Part shown: positions 15,781 through 24,467 of the stretch, in pieces | Position numbering within the stretch: the first letter of the stretch is position 1 | How the letters are laid out: each line of letters begins with the position of its first letter | DNA from: Vicinamibacterales bacterium | GTDB lineage: Bacteria > Acidobacteriota > Vicinamibacteria > Vicinamibacterales > CAVVIG01 | Direction: 5' to 3' | Length of the DNA: 64,000 nucleotides | NCBI GenBank assembly: GCA_036004865.1 | Contig: DASYQZ010000097.1 | Span: 4,606-68,605, forward strand | Notes under the pieces: generated by a model | Databases searched by the model: none | Told to the model about the DNA's origin: nothing | The model's input: only the letters and a program-made list of their open reading frames with translations | Translations under genes and position numbers: made by a program

Positions 15781-16605
15781 GTGTTCGATCCGCTTCTCTT
15801 GAGCGCGCACAACCCGAGCCCGATGACCGGCGCCGGCAACAACACATATCTGCTTGCCGGCGATCGCGGGACCTCGTCGTCCGTTGCGCTCGCCGTACTC
15901 ATTGACGCGGGCGTCGGCCATGCGCAGCATCTCGCCGACCTCGAGGCCGCCCTGGCCGCGCGGCACACGCGGCTCGATCGCGTCCTCGTGACGCACGGGC
16001 ATCGCGATCACGCTGAGGGCGCGCCTGCGCTCGCGGCGGCGCACCCGGGCGCGACCTTCTCGAAGTTGCCCTGGGCCGGACAGGACGAGCGATACGGCGT
16101 GCGCTGGCAGGCGATCGGCGACGGCGATGAAGTGCCCGCGGGCGACGAATCGCTGACCGTGCTGCACACACCGGGACATTCGCCCGATCACCTGGCCTTC
16201 TGGCATCAGCCCAGCCGCTCGATCTTCACCGGCGATCTCGTCGCGCTCGGCAGCAGCGTCATGATTCATTCGAGCCGCGGCGGCAATCTGGCGCAGTACC
16301 TCGCGTCGCTCGAGCGGGTGCTCGCGCTCGAGCCGCGGCGCCTGTTGCCAGCGCATGGGCCGATCGTGGAAGATCCGCGGGCGCTGCTGACCGGTTACCT
16401 CGAGCACCGCCGCTTTCGCGAGCGTCAGGTGATTGCCGCCCTTCGCGCCGGCCATTCGGATGTGCCCGCGATCGCGGAATCCATCTATGATGGTCTCGAC
16501 GCTGCGCTGATGCCGGCCGCGCGCGAAAACGTGCGCGCTCACCTGGAGAAGCTGAAATCCGACGGAACGGCTCACGAACACGAAGGGCGTTGGAGCTTGT
16601 TGTGA
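15781..16605 (+). CDS. MBL-fold metallo-hydrolase (hydroxyacylglutathione hydrolase-like)
   Basis: THGHRDHAEG metal motif, HTPGHSPDH, and N-terminal NPSPMTGAGNNTYLL. Start is GTG 15781 or TTG 15760; the longer ORF runs through repeat F3. Confidence 0.8.
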   Translation: MFDPLLLSAHNPSPMTGAGNNTYLLAGDRGTSSSVALAVLIDAGVGHAQHLADLEAALAARHTRLDRVLVTHGHRDHAEGAPALAAAHPGATFSKLPWAGQDERYGVRWQAIGDGDEVPAGDESLTVLHTPGHSPDHLAFWHQPSRSIFTGDLVALGSSVMIHSSRGGNLAQYLASLERVLALEPRRLLPAHGPIVEDPRALLTGYLEHRRFRERQVIAALRAGHSDVPAIAESIYDGLDAALMPAARENVRAHLEKLKSDGTAHEHEGRWSLL

Positions 16606-16638
16606 TTCTCGCTGGTGCGGGCACCGTTTGAGGCCACC

Positions 16639-18018
16639 ATGGACAACGTCATCGACTTCATCAACGTCAACCGCGATCGCTATCTCGACGAGCTCAAGGC
16701 GCTGCTGGCCATCCCGAGCATCAGCGCGCTGCCGCAGCATGCCGCCGACGTGAAGCGCTGCGCCGAGTGGTGCGCCGACGAGATGCGGCGCATCGGCCTG
16801 CAGAACGTCCGGCTCATCGACACGCCGGGCAATCCGGTCGTCTACGGCGACTGGCTGGGCGCCGAGGGCGCGCCGACGATTCTCTTCTACGGCCACTACG
16901 ACGTGCAGCCGGTCGACCCGCTCAATCTGTGGGAGTCGCCGCCGTTCGAGGCGACGATTCGCGACGGCGAGATCTACGCACGCGGATCGGCCGACGACAA
17001 GGGACAGGTCTTCATGCACTTCAAGGCGATCGAAGCGCATCTGAAGCAGAACGGCCGGCTGCCAGTGAACATCAAGATCATCCTGGAAGGCGAGGAGGAA
17101 GTCGGCAGCGAGCATCTCGACGATTTCATCCGCGCGCACAAGAGCGAGCTCGGCGCCAACGTCGTCGTCATCTCGGACTCGGCGATGTTCGACCGCGGCG
17201 TGCCGTCGATCTGCTACGGCCTTCGCGGTCTCGTGTACTTCCAGATCGATCTGCGCGGCAGCAAAACCGATCTCCACTCGGGATCGTTTGGCGGCGCCGT
17301 CGCGAACCCGGCGCTGGTGCTCGCGCAGGTGCTGTCGCAGATGAAGGATCGCGGCGGCCGCGTCAAGATTCCCGGTTTCTACGACGATGTGGTGCCGCTG
17401 ACTGACGAAGAACGCAAGGCATGGGCCTCGCTGCCGTTCAACGAGAAGAAGTACAAGAAGGACTTCGGCATCCCGAAGCTGTTCGGCGAGAGCGGCTACA
17501 CCACGCTCGAGCGCACCTGGGCACGGCCGACGTTCGAGATCAACGGGCTCCTCTCCGGCTTCACCGGCGAGGGCGCGAAGACGGTGCTGCCCGCCGTCTC
17601 GATGGCGAAGGTCAGCATGCGGCTCGTGCCGAACCAGAACCCGGACACCATCGCGAAATTGTTCGAAGACTACGTGAAGAAGATCACGCCGAAGACGGTG
17701 GAGCTGAAAGTCACGCGCATGCACGGCGGCAAGCCGTGGATGACGTCGTACGACAATCCGTTCGTGCAGGCCGCCGGCCGCGCCATTGAGAAAGGGTTCG
17801 GCAAGAGGCCGGTCTTCACGCGCGAGGGCGGATCGATTCCCGTGGTCTCGACGTTTCAGGAGGAGCTCGGCCTGCCGTCGGTGCTGTTCGGCGTCGGCCT
17901 GCCCGACGAGAACGCGCACGCGCCGAACGAGAAGCTCGACGTCTCGAACTTCCACAACGGCATCATCGCGTCCGCCATCCTGTACCAGGAGATTGCGTCG
18001 ATCGCGGTGCCTGCATAG
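16639..18018 (+). CDS. M20-family dipeptidase
   Basis: FYGHYDVQP, RGSADDKGQ, EGEEEVGS and HAPNE motifs. ATG 16639 is preferred over GTG 16615. Confidence 0.85.
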   Translation: MDNVIDFINVNRDRYLDELKALLAIPSISALPQHAADVKRCAEWCADEMRRIGLQNVRLIDTPGNPVVYGDWLGAEGAPTILFYGHYDVQPVDPLNLWESPPFEATIRDGEIYARGSADDKGQVFMHFKAIEAHLKQNGRLPVNIKIILEGEEEVGSEHLDDFIRAHKSELGANVVVISDSAMFDRGVPSICYGLRGLVYFQIDLRGSKTDLHSGSFGGAVANPALVLAQVLSQMKDRGGRVKIPGFYDDVVPLTDEERKAWASLPFNEKKYKKDFGIPKLFGESGYTTLERTWARPTFEINGLLSGFTGEGAKTVLPAVSMAKVSMRLVPNQNPDTIAKLFEDYVKKITPKTVELKVTRMHGGKPWMTSYDNPFVQAAGRAIEKGFGKRPVFTREGGSIPVVSTFQEELGLPSVLFGVGLPDENAHAPNEKLDVSNFHNGIIASAILYQEIASIAVPA

Positions 18019-18038
18019 CGGCGCTCGTCACGCCAAAG

Positions 18039-18103
18039 GCAACCACGACAACACGAAACCACGAAAAAGACCAATCGTGCTTTCGTGTTTTCGTGGTTGC
18101 ATT
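18039..18103. repeat. family F3, inverted pair (hairpin)
   Basis: gcaaccacgacaacacgaaa (18039-18058) is the reverse complement of tttcgtgttttcgtggttgc (18081-18100) at 19 of 20 positions. Confidence 0.85.
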
Positions 18104-18137
18104 CCACGCGGGAGCCGCATGTCGGCGTTGATGTAAA

Positions 18138-18827
18138 TTGTCCGCCGTGCCGAGACTCGACGGATTGCTGGATGCCCTCCAGAAGTTCTACGGGGCGCTG
18201 CCCAAGCCTCCTCGCGATCCGTTCACGCTCTTCGTCTGGGAAGTGCTGTCGACGCATTCGACGCCGCAGAAGCGCGATGCCGCCCTCGGCGCGTTGAGGC
18301 GCATTCCCGCGCTGACGCCCGATTCCATGTGGCGCGCGCCGAAGAAGAAGCTCGAAGAAAGCGTCAAGCTCGCCGGGCCGTACGGCGAGCAGCGGCTGAG
18401 CGCGCTCCGGACCGGCGTCGAGATCTTCCGCCGGGCGCCGAAGCTGCCGTCGATCATCCGCGGCCCGATCACGTTGGCGCGCCGCGCGCTGAAGGGCCTG
18501 CCGCAGATGGGCGAGGGGGGCGCGTACCGCATGCTGCTCTTCGCCGCCGATCAGCCGGTCCTGCCCATCGACGCGCGCGTCAGCCGCGTGGCGCGGCGCC
18601 TCGGGTACGGCGATGCGCAGGGCGATTTCGCGAAGACGGCGCGATCAGTACGCGAGGCGGTCTCGCGCGAGCTGCCGCCGGCGATCGACGCCTACCGCCG
18701 CGCGTTCCTCTACCTGTCACACCACGGCGCCGCGACGTGCACGGAGGCCGACCCGCACTGTCCCGTCTGTCCGGTGTTGTACGACTGTCCTGAGGGAAAG
18801 AAGCGCGTCAGCGTCTCAGTTCAATGA
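18138..18827 (+). CDS. HhH-GPD / endonuclease III-like protein with a 4Fe-4S cluster loop
   Basis: C-terminal CTEADPHCPVCPVLYDC (C-X6-C-X2-C-X5-C). Helical HhH-like core. Non-ATG (TTG) start. Confidence 0.6.
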   Translation: MSAVPRLDGLLDALQKFYGALPKPPRDPFTLFVWEVLSTHSTPQKRDAALGALRRIPALTPDSMWRAPKKKLEESVKLAGPYGEQRLSALRTGVEIFRRAPKLPSIIRGPITLARRALKGLPQMGEGGAYRMLLFAADQPVLPIDARVSRVARRLGYGDAQGDFAKTARSVREAVSRELPPAIDAYRRAFLYLSHHGAATCTEADPHCPVCPVLYDCPEGKKRVSVSVQ

Positions 18828-19718
18828 CGCAACGCGCCGGCGAAGCGCTTTGACGTGCTCCCAAATCTGCGCGTGCTCTTCGCGGTCGCCTTCGTCGACG
18901 TCGGCTTTGGCTGACAACTGCAGGTAGGCCTGGAGGTCGCGCAGCGCGGCTGAAAAATCCTTCAACTGATACGCCAGCAGTCCGCGGTCCCGCAGCTCGG
19001 TCGTGGCTGATGGATCGACAGCGAGCAGCAGCTCGGTCATGTCGCGCGCCTGCGGGTACGAGTGCATGTGGACGTAGGTGCGCTTCAGGTTCAGCAGCAT
19101 GCGCGCCAGAATCTGCGGCTTCGTCGCGTGGCCGCGCAGATACCGCTGCGACGTCTGTCCGTCGCCGGCGTGCCTGCGCAGCAGCTCGCGGCACGCGTCC
19201 TCGCTGAGCAGCGCGCCGCCGTGGTACGCGTCGATGATCAGATCCTCGGAGTACTGCAGGCCGCGCCTGGCCGGACACCGCAGCAGGAAGTGCCCCGGAA
19301 AGTTGATCCCTTCGACGTGGAGCCCCGCGCGGCGCGCGACCTCCATGTACAGCAGCGCGAGCGTGATGGGGATCCCGGTGCGCCGATCGAGGACCTCGTT
19401 CAGGAAGCTGTTCCGCGGATCCTCGTAGTGCACCTCGTTGCCGACGAAGCGCAGTTCGCCGAACAGGTAGTCGTTCATCGCAAGCACGCGCGCGTACCGA
19501 TCGGGATCGACGCGCGCCGGCGTGTCGCCGGGGACGATGGGGGCAGCGGCGACGCGGATCTTCGCCTCGCGGCCGAGCGCGTCCAGTTGATCCAGGTACG
19601 GCCCGGCGTCGAGCCGCGGATGCTCGACGCGCGCGATCATCAGCGCGGCGACGGCCAGGTCCGGGTCGGGGCTCAGCGCCGCGTGCGTGAAGGCGCGCAC
19701 GAACTGTTGGCGAATCAC
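18816..19718 (-). CDS. SirB1/UPF0162-type transglutaminase-like plus TPR protein
   Basis: ..NSFLNEVLDRRTGIPITLALLYMEVARRAGL..INFPGHFLL.. followed by a TPR-like tail. Confidence 0.6.
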   Translation of the reverse strand: MIRQQFVRAFTHAALSPDPDLAVAALMIARVEHPRLDAGPYLDQLDALGREAKIRVAAAPIVPGDTPARVDPDRYARVLAMNDYLFGELRFVGNEVHYEDPRNSFLNEVLDRRTGIPITLALLYMEVARRAGLHVEGINFPGHFLLRCPARRGLQYSEDLIIDAYHGGALLSEDACRELLRRHAGDGQTSQRYLRGHATKPQILARMLLNLKRTYVHMHSYPQARDMTELLLAVDPSATTELRDRGLLAYQLKDFSAALRDLQAYLQLSAKADVDEGDREEHAQIWEHVKALRRRVASLN

Positions 19719-19815
19719 GACGTACAGGATACCGCGTTCGTACAGAAAAAGGGCGGGGCACCGGCCCCGCCCGAGCTGACCACGAACGGCTGACAGCTGA
19801 GAGCCGACAGCTGAT

Positions 19816-22800
19816 CTACCAGTTCACGCGAACGCCGAACCGGATGACGCGCGGCGCCAACACCTGGCTGATGTTGTTCGCGATCGTCGAGTTCTGCTGC
19901 CGCTGAAACGCCAGCACAGTGTTCATGTTGCCCAGGTTGAACACGTCCATCGACGGAATGATGCGCGCCGTGCCGAACTTCACCGGACGCTCGACGTGGA
20001 AGTCGAGGTTCTGGTACGTCGGCAGCCGGTTGTCGCCAACCGGATCGAGCAGGACGTCGGCCGTGCCGCCGCCATTGGCCCGCGTCGCCTGACGGACGAA
20101 CGGTTCGAAGATGTATCCCTGCCGCGCGTTGTAGAACGCCGACACGTTGACGTCGCCCGGCAGCTGATAGAGACCGCTCACCTTGAACAGCCACTTCGCG
20201 TTCACGTAGACGTTGCCCAGGCCGCTGCCGGCGCTGGCGTAGTCATACTGGAACCCGTTGCGCGTCGCCAGGTTCGTCGGATCCTCGGGGATCGTGTTGG
20301 CGAAGGCGCCGCCGAACCCGTTGTTCACGATCGTGCTGGCGTACGACAGGCTGGTGTTCATCAGCCAGCGATTCGACAGGCGCTTGCGTGCGCCGAAGTC
20401 GAGACCGTTGAACGTGCGGTTGTACAGGTCGGACGAGAACGACGTCCGCTGCTGCACCCCCGGCACCTGGAAGTTCGGCTGGTAGTAGGTCACCTGCGGG
20501 CAGCGCGCGTTCTGCGCCGCGGGACACGTGCTCCCGGGCGCCGTGAACGACACCGCCGAGTAGTCGGAGGGGTCCAGACCGACGTAGTGATCGACCGTGA
20601 AGTTCGTGTACCGGCGCCACACGTAATTGACGCCCGCCGCGAACCCGGCGCCGATCTCGCGATCGATCCCGAGAATGAATTCGTCGGTGCGATCGTTCTT
20701 GAAGTTCGGGTCGACCGTGTTCGCCGTGCTGGGGTTCGACGGATCGTTCGGATCCCAGTTGCCGGTCACGGCGAGCGGGTTCCGGCCGTTCGTCGGGCCG
20801 AGCTGCACTTCGTTCGCCTGCACGAACTTGTCGCCGTTGACGTCGATCCACGGATAGCGGACGCTCACGCGGGTGACGGGGTTGAGAATGCCCGACACGC
20901 CGGCCGTGCCCACCTGGCCCCAGTAGCTCGCGTAGTTGGCCTTCGCCAGCGTCTTGCCGTCGCCCCGCAGATCGTACGTGAAGCCGACGCGCGGCGAGAT
21001 GTTGTTGAATGCAAATCCCGGATCGGCGCCGGGGAAGTTCACCGCCGGCAGCAGTTGCGGGAACATCGGATTCGCCGAGACCGACGAGGCCAGCGCCTGA
21101 TCGTGGTTGTAGTCGTACCGCACGCCGAGCTGCGTCGTCAGCCGGCCATGTGTGAGCGTGTCCTGCAGATACAGCGAGACGTTCAACAGATCGTACTGCG
21201 TGCCGCCGTCGCGCGTGACCTGCGCCTGACAGCCGGTCGCCGCCAGCGAGCAGTCGTTGTTGATGCTGGTCGGGAAGCGCGCCACGGCATTGCCGCCGGT
21301 GTGCGTCAAGCCGATGCTCTTCGCGTCCCTCCAGTAGCCGCCCATCCGGAACGCATGGTCGCCGCCGAGCGTGCCGGGCAGGAAGTAGTTGGCGTTGACG
21401 TTCAGGCTGTTCACCGGCCGGATGTTCACCGACTGACTGCCGTCCGGCGTCGACCGGCCGTTGATGCTGCCGGCGATGATGAAGATCGGCTGAACGTCGC
21501 GCAGCGCATCCTCGTGGAAGTCCAGGATGAAGTTGTTGCCGACGTGCGCGTACTGCACGTCGACGAGCAGGCGGTCGCTCGCGACCCACTGATCGCCGAA
21601 CTTGTAGGTCGGCGTCGGACCGGTGATCCAGCCCCACTTGCCGTAGAGGCTCGACACCGCGGCCTGACGCACGGTCGATTCGATCGGCGTCGTGTCGCTC
21701 GCGTTCCGCGCGTTGCGGACCTTCTTCGAGAACATGTTCCACAGGCTCAGCTTGTTGCCCTTGAAGAGCTGGACGTCGGCCTTGAGGTTCGTTGTCTGCA
21801 GCTCCGTCAGGTCGGTATTGAGGCACGCGTTCACGTCTTCGATCGGCGACGCGAGCGGGTTGGCTTTGATTGCCTGGCAGTTCGCGCTCGGCTGGAAGAA
21901 GCCGACCACGCCGACGCCGATGTTCTGCTTGCCGAACGCGCCCCAGACCCACGCGCGGCCCTTCTTGATCGGCCCGCCGACCTCGACGCCGTAGTCCTTG
22001 ATGTTCTGAATCGGGTTGCCGGACGAAGCGCCCTGATTGCGCTGCGCGTCGGTGATGTTCTGCGACTCGTACTTCTCGTCGGTCACGTAGAACCGCGACG
22101 ATCCCTTGAACCTGTCGCTGCCGCTCTTGGTGACGAGGTTGATGCCGACGCCGCCGGTCTGCTGCGTCACGTCGACGCCGCCGGTGTTGATCGTCATTTC
22201 CTCGAACGCGTCGAAGTCGTAGTAGGTGGGCGAGGCGCCTGTGGCCGCCATGTCGGTGATGTCGACACCGTCGACGGCCCACTTGTTGTTGAACGGATTG
22301 CCGCCGCGCGACACGTAGTTGGACTGCTGGCCCGACATGTTGCCGCCGACGTTCTCGCGGTCCATCGCGATGCCGGCCGTCTGCTGAAGGATGACCCACG
22401 GGTCGCGTGCCGAGGGAATGCTCTGCAGCAGCTCGTTGGTGAACGTCTGCTTCGTGCCGGTGTTGCGCGTGTCGACGATCGGACTCTCACCGGTGACCGT
22501 GATGGTCTCCTGCACGGTGGAGATGCCGAGCTGGGCGTTCACCTGCGCGCTGAAGCCGACGTTGACCTGAATGCCTTCGTTCACGACCGACTTGAAACCG
22601 GCGAGCTCGAACTTGACCGTGTATGTTCCGATGTTCAGACGCGGGAACTGATAGCTTCCCGTGTCGCTGGTGACTGCGGTCAGCGGCTGCAGCAGGTGTG
22701 GAGCGGCGAGCGTGACGGTGACGCCAGGCAGCACACCGCCTGACTGGTCGGTCACCTTGCCGAAGATCTCGCCGGTCTGCTGCTGAGCAGAGGCGAGCGC

Positions 22801-22851
22801 GCTCACGACGAACACCGCCGCGAGCGCGAGCACGAATGATCGAACTCTCAT
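19816..22851 (-). CDS. TonB-dependent receptor with an N-terminal carboxypeptidase-regulatory-like domain
   Basis: Signal MRVRSFVLALAAVFVVSALASAQ. GKVTDQSGGVLPGVTVTL..SDTGSYQFPRL.GTYTV. Long beta-barrel ending FGVRVNW. GGAGGAAGG Shine-Dalgarno sequence directly before ATG 22851. Confidence 0.82.
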   Translation of the reverse strand: MRVRSFVLALAAVFVVSALASAQQQTGEIFGKVTDQSGGVLPGVTVTLAAPHLLQPLTAVTSDTGSYQFPRLNIGTYTVKFELAGFKSVVNEGIQVNVGFSAQVNAQLGISTVQETITVTGESPIVDTRNTGTKQTFTNELLQSIPSARDPWVILQQTAGIAMDRENVGGNMSGQQSNYVSRGGNPFNNKWAVDGVDITDMAATGASPTYYDFDAFEEMTINTGGVDVTQQTGGVGINLVTKSGSDRFKGSSRFYVTDEKYESQNITDAQRNQGASSGNPIQNIKDYGVEVGGPIKKGRAWVWGAFGKQNIGVGVVGFFQPSANCQAIKANPLASPIEDVNACLNTDLTELQTTNLKADVQLFKGNKLSLWNMFSKKVRNARNASDTTPIESTVRQAAVSSLYGKWGWITGPTPTYKFGDQWVASDRLLVDVQYAHVGNNFILDFHEDALRDVQPIFIIAGSINGRSTPDGSQSVNIRPVNSLNVNANYFLPGTLGGDHAFRMGGYWRDAKSIGLTHTGGNAVARFPTSINNDCSLAATGCQAQVTRDGGTQYDLLNVSLYLQDTLTHGRLTTQLGVRYDYNHDQALASSVSANPMFPQLLPAVNFPGADPGFAFNNISPRVGFTYDLRGDGKTLAKANYASYWGQVGTAGVSGILNPVTRVSVRYPWIDVNGDKFVQANEVQLGPTNGRNPLAVTGNWDPNDPSNPSTANTVDPNFKNDRTDEFILGIDREIGAGFAAGVNYVWRRYTNFTVDHYVGLDPSDYSAVSFTAPGSTCPAAQNARCPQVTYYQPNFQVPGVQQRTSFSSDLYNRTFNGLDFGARKRLSNRWLMNTSLSYASTIVNNGFGGAFANTIPEDPTNLATRNGFQYDYASAGSGLGNVYVNAKWLFKVSGLYQLPGDVNVSAFYNARQGYIFEPFVRQATRANGGGTADVLLDPVGDNRLPTYQNLDFHVERPVKFGTARIIPSMDVFNLGNMNTVLAFQRQQNSTIANNISQVLAPRVIRFGVRVNW

Positions 22852-23046
22852 CCTTCCTCCTCGAAAATCGAAACGAAAGACTTGCAAAGTAATCCCGGAG
22901 TCGAACGATGTATCAGGCCCAAATCACGGTCCGGATTAGCCAGTATCACGGCCGCTCGTCCCGGTTGTAAAGGCGAATTGGTCATAGAGGTCTAAGGAGT
23001 ACGTCGGAATCCAATGACTTGGATTGAATCGGAACATGCGGACCGA

Positions 23047-23730
23047 TTACGTGGAGCAGAGCCGCGACAAATCGCTCAGATCCAAAGACTCGATCCTGTC
23101 GATGATCAGGTCGGCTTCGCCGAGCGCCGATCGTTCATAGGTTTGCGCAACGCCGACGGTGCGCAATCCAGCCGCCCGCGCCGACTCCAGTCCCCAGCGT
23201 GAGTCCTCGACCGCGACGCAGTCGGTTGCCGCCAGCACGTCACCGCTTTCGCGGCCGAGCAGTTCGACCGCGCGGCGATACGGTTCAGGTGCGGGCTTGC
23301 TGACCGGCGTGTCCTCGGCGGCGACGATGGCGGTGAAGCACGAGGTGAGCTGCTCGCGATCGAGCACCCGCCGGATTTCGGCGCCGAGTGCGCCGGACGC
23401 GATCGCGATCGGCACGGCGCCGGCGGCGCGTTTGATGACCTGCGCGGCGCCGGGAAACAGAATCGAGTGATGCCGCTCCAGCGCTTCGAGCCGCGCCGCC
23501 TTCTCGGTGATGAGCCGCTCGATGCGCACTGGCGTCCAGCCGCGTCCTCGATCCGCGCTCAGCATCCTGAAGACGCCCACGTCGTTGTACCCGAGATACC
23601 GCGCGTAGTAATCGCGCTCGCTGAGCGTGACGCCTTCGTTCGCGAGGACGTCCTGATAGGCGCGCAGATGCAGCGGCTCGCTGTTCGCGAGAACGCCGTC
23701 GAAGTCGAAGACGATCGCTCTCAGCGGCAC
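23047..23730 (-). CDS. HAD-superfamily hydrolase (beta-phosphoglucomutase-like)
   Basis: DFDGVLANSEP motif I, IASGA motif II, and VEDSRWG motif near the C-terminus. Confidence 0.85.
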   Translation of the reverse strand: MPLRAIVFDFDGVLANSEPLHLRAYQDVLANEGVTLSERDYYARYLGYNDVGVFRMLSADRGRGWTPVRIERLITEKAARLEALERHHSILFPGAAQVIKRAAGAVPIAIASGALGAEIRRVLDREQLTSCFTAIVAAEDTPVSKPAPEPYRRAVELLGRESGDVLAATDCVAVEDSRWGLESARAAGLRTVGVAQTYERSALGEADLIIDRIESLDLSDLSRLCST

Positions 23731-23731
23731 G

Positions 23732-24340
23732 CTACGTGTTCGGTTTCTTGAGTTTTTCGCCCGCGCGAACCGGGATCTTCAAACGGTTCTCTGACGGTGG
23801 AATCGGACATTCGTACGTCGGGTTGAAATAGCAGTACGGGTGATACGCGCGGTTGAAGTCCACCTTGTAGATCCCGGTCGCCGTGCGATCGAGATCCATG
23901 TAGCGCCCGCCGGGATAGGTTTCGGTGACGCTCGTCAGATCGTTGAACGGCACGAACAGTCGATCGAGCGTGCGCGTGTCGGCCTCGACGAACGCCGTCA
24001 GCTTGAGCGGCTGCCCCTTGAGCGAGAATTCCAGCGTGCCGACGCGCCGCATGTTCCGCTGCGTGCCGGTCGACGTTGGCATTTCCATGACCGATCGATC
24101 CTCGATCGTTTTGAGCTGGGCCGGCACGTCGTAGTCGGGATCGATCGGAAAGTACGCGAGGGGGAGAAACTCCGCGAGCTTCGCCTTGGGTATTGGACCG
24201 TCTGCCGTCTGAAACAGTGCATCCTTCGCCGCGCGATCGGCCGCGACCTTGACGGCGTAGTCCTTGGCTTCGGGGGGCGGGGGAGCTGAACAAGCGCCAA
24301 TCGATAGGCTCAGCACTATTCCGATCAGCCAGCCGCTCAT
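23732..24340 (-). CDS. DUF1684-family lipoprotein
   Basis: ..YPGGRYMDL..GIYKVDFNRAYHPYCYFNP.YECPIPP.EN. Signal and lipobox MSGWLIGIVLSLSIGAC. Start trimmed to ATG 24340 because the upstream extension is repeat F1. Confidence 0.75.
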   Translation of the reverse strand: MSGWLIGIVLSLSIGACSAPPPPEAKDYAVKVAADRAAKDALFQTADGPIPKAKLAEFLPLAYFPIDPDYDVPAQLKTIEDRSVMEMPTSTGTQRNMRRVGTLEFSLKGQPLKLTAFVEADTRTLDRLFVPFNDLTSVTETYPGGRYMDLDRTATGIYKVDFNRAYHPYCYFNPTYECPIPPSENRLKIPVRAGEKLKKPNT

Positions 24341-24365
24341 GCTTTCTCGCGACGCCTGCGCCCTG

Positions 24366-24456
24366 TCAACTTTTTTGCACTGGCGCCGGGGGCCCACCCC
24401 CGGCGCGAGCTGTCGCTGATGCGTCGCGGCGGACCGCGACGCATGGCCGCGGGCGC
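24366..24456 (-). repeat. family F1, copy B
   Basis: The reverse complement reads gcgcccgcggccatgcgtcgcggtccgccgcgacgcatcagcgacagctcgcgccgggggtgggcccccggcgccagtgcaaaaaagttgac. Confidence 0.85.
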
Positions 24457-24467
24457 TCATGACGTAC

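Noticed and set aside
15715-17955. 746-aa minus-strand ORF
   Set aside because: It is antisense to the MBL hydrolase and M20 peptidase genes, both of which carry clear catalytic motifs. Shadow ORF.
19996-22743. 915-aa plus-strand ORF, and the 718-aa minus-strand ORF at 20243-22399
   Set aside because: Both overlap the TonB-dependent receptor in wrong frames. The receptor frame has a signal peptide, a Shine-Dalgarno sequence and a barrel terminus; these two have none.
23007-23024. AATCCAA-tgac-TTGGATT palindrome in the AT-richer spacer upstream of the TonB-dependent receptor
   Set aside because: It is a single 7-bp AT-rich inverted repeat with no T-tract and no second copy. It cannot be distinguished from chance or assigned a role.
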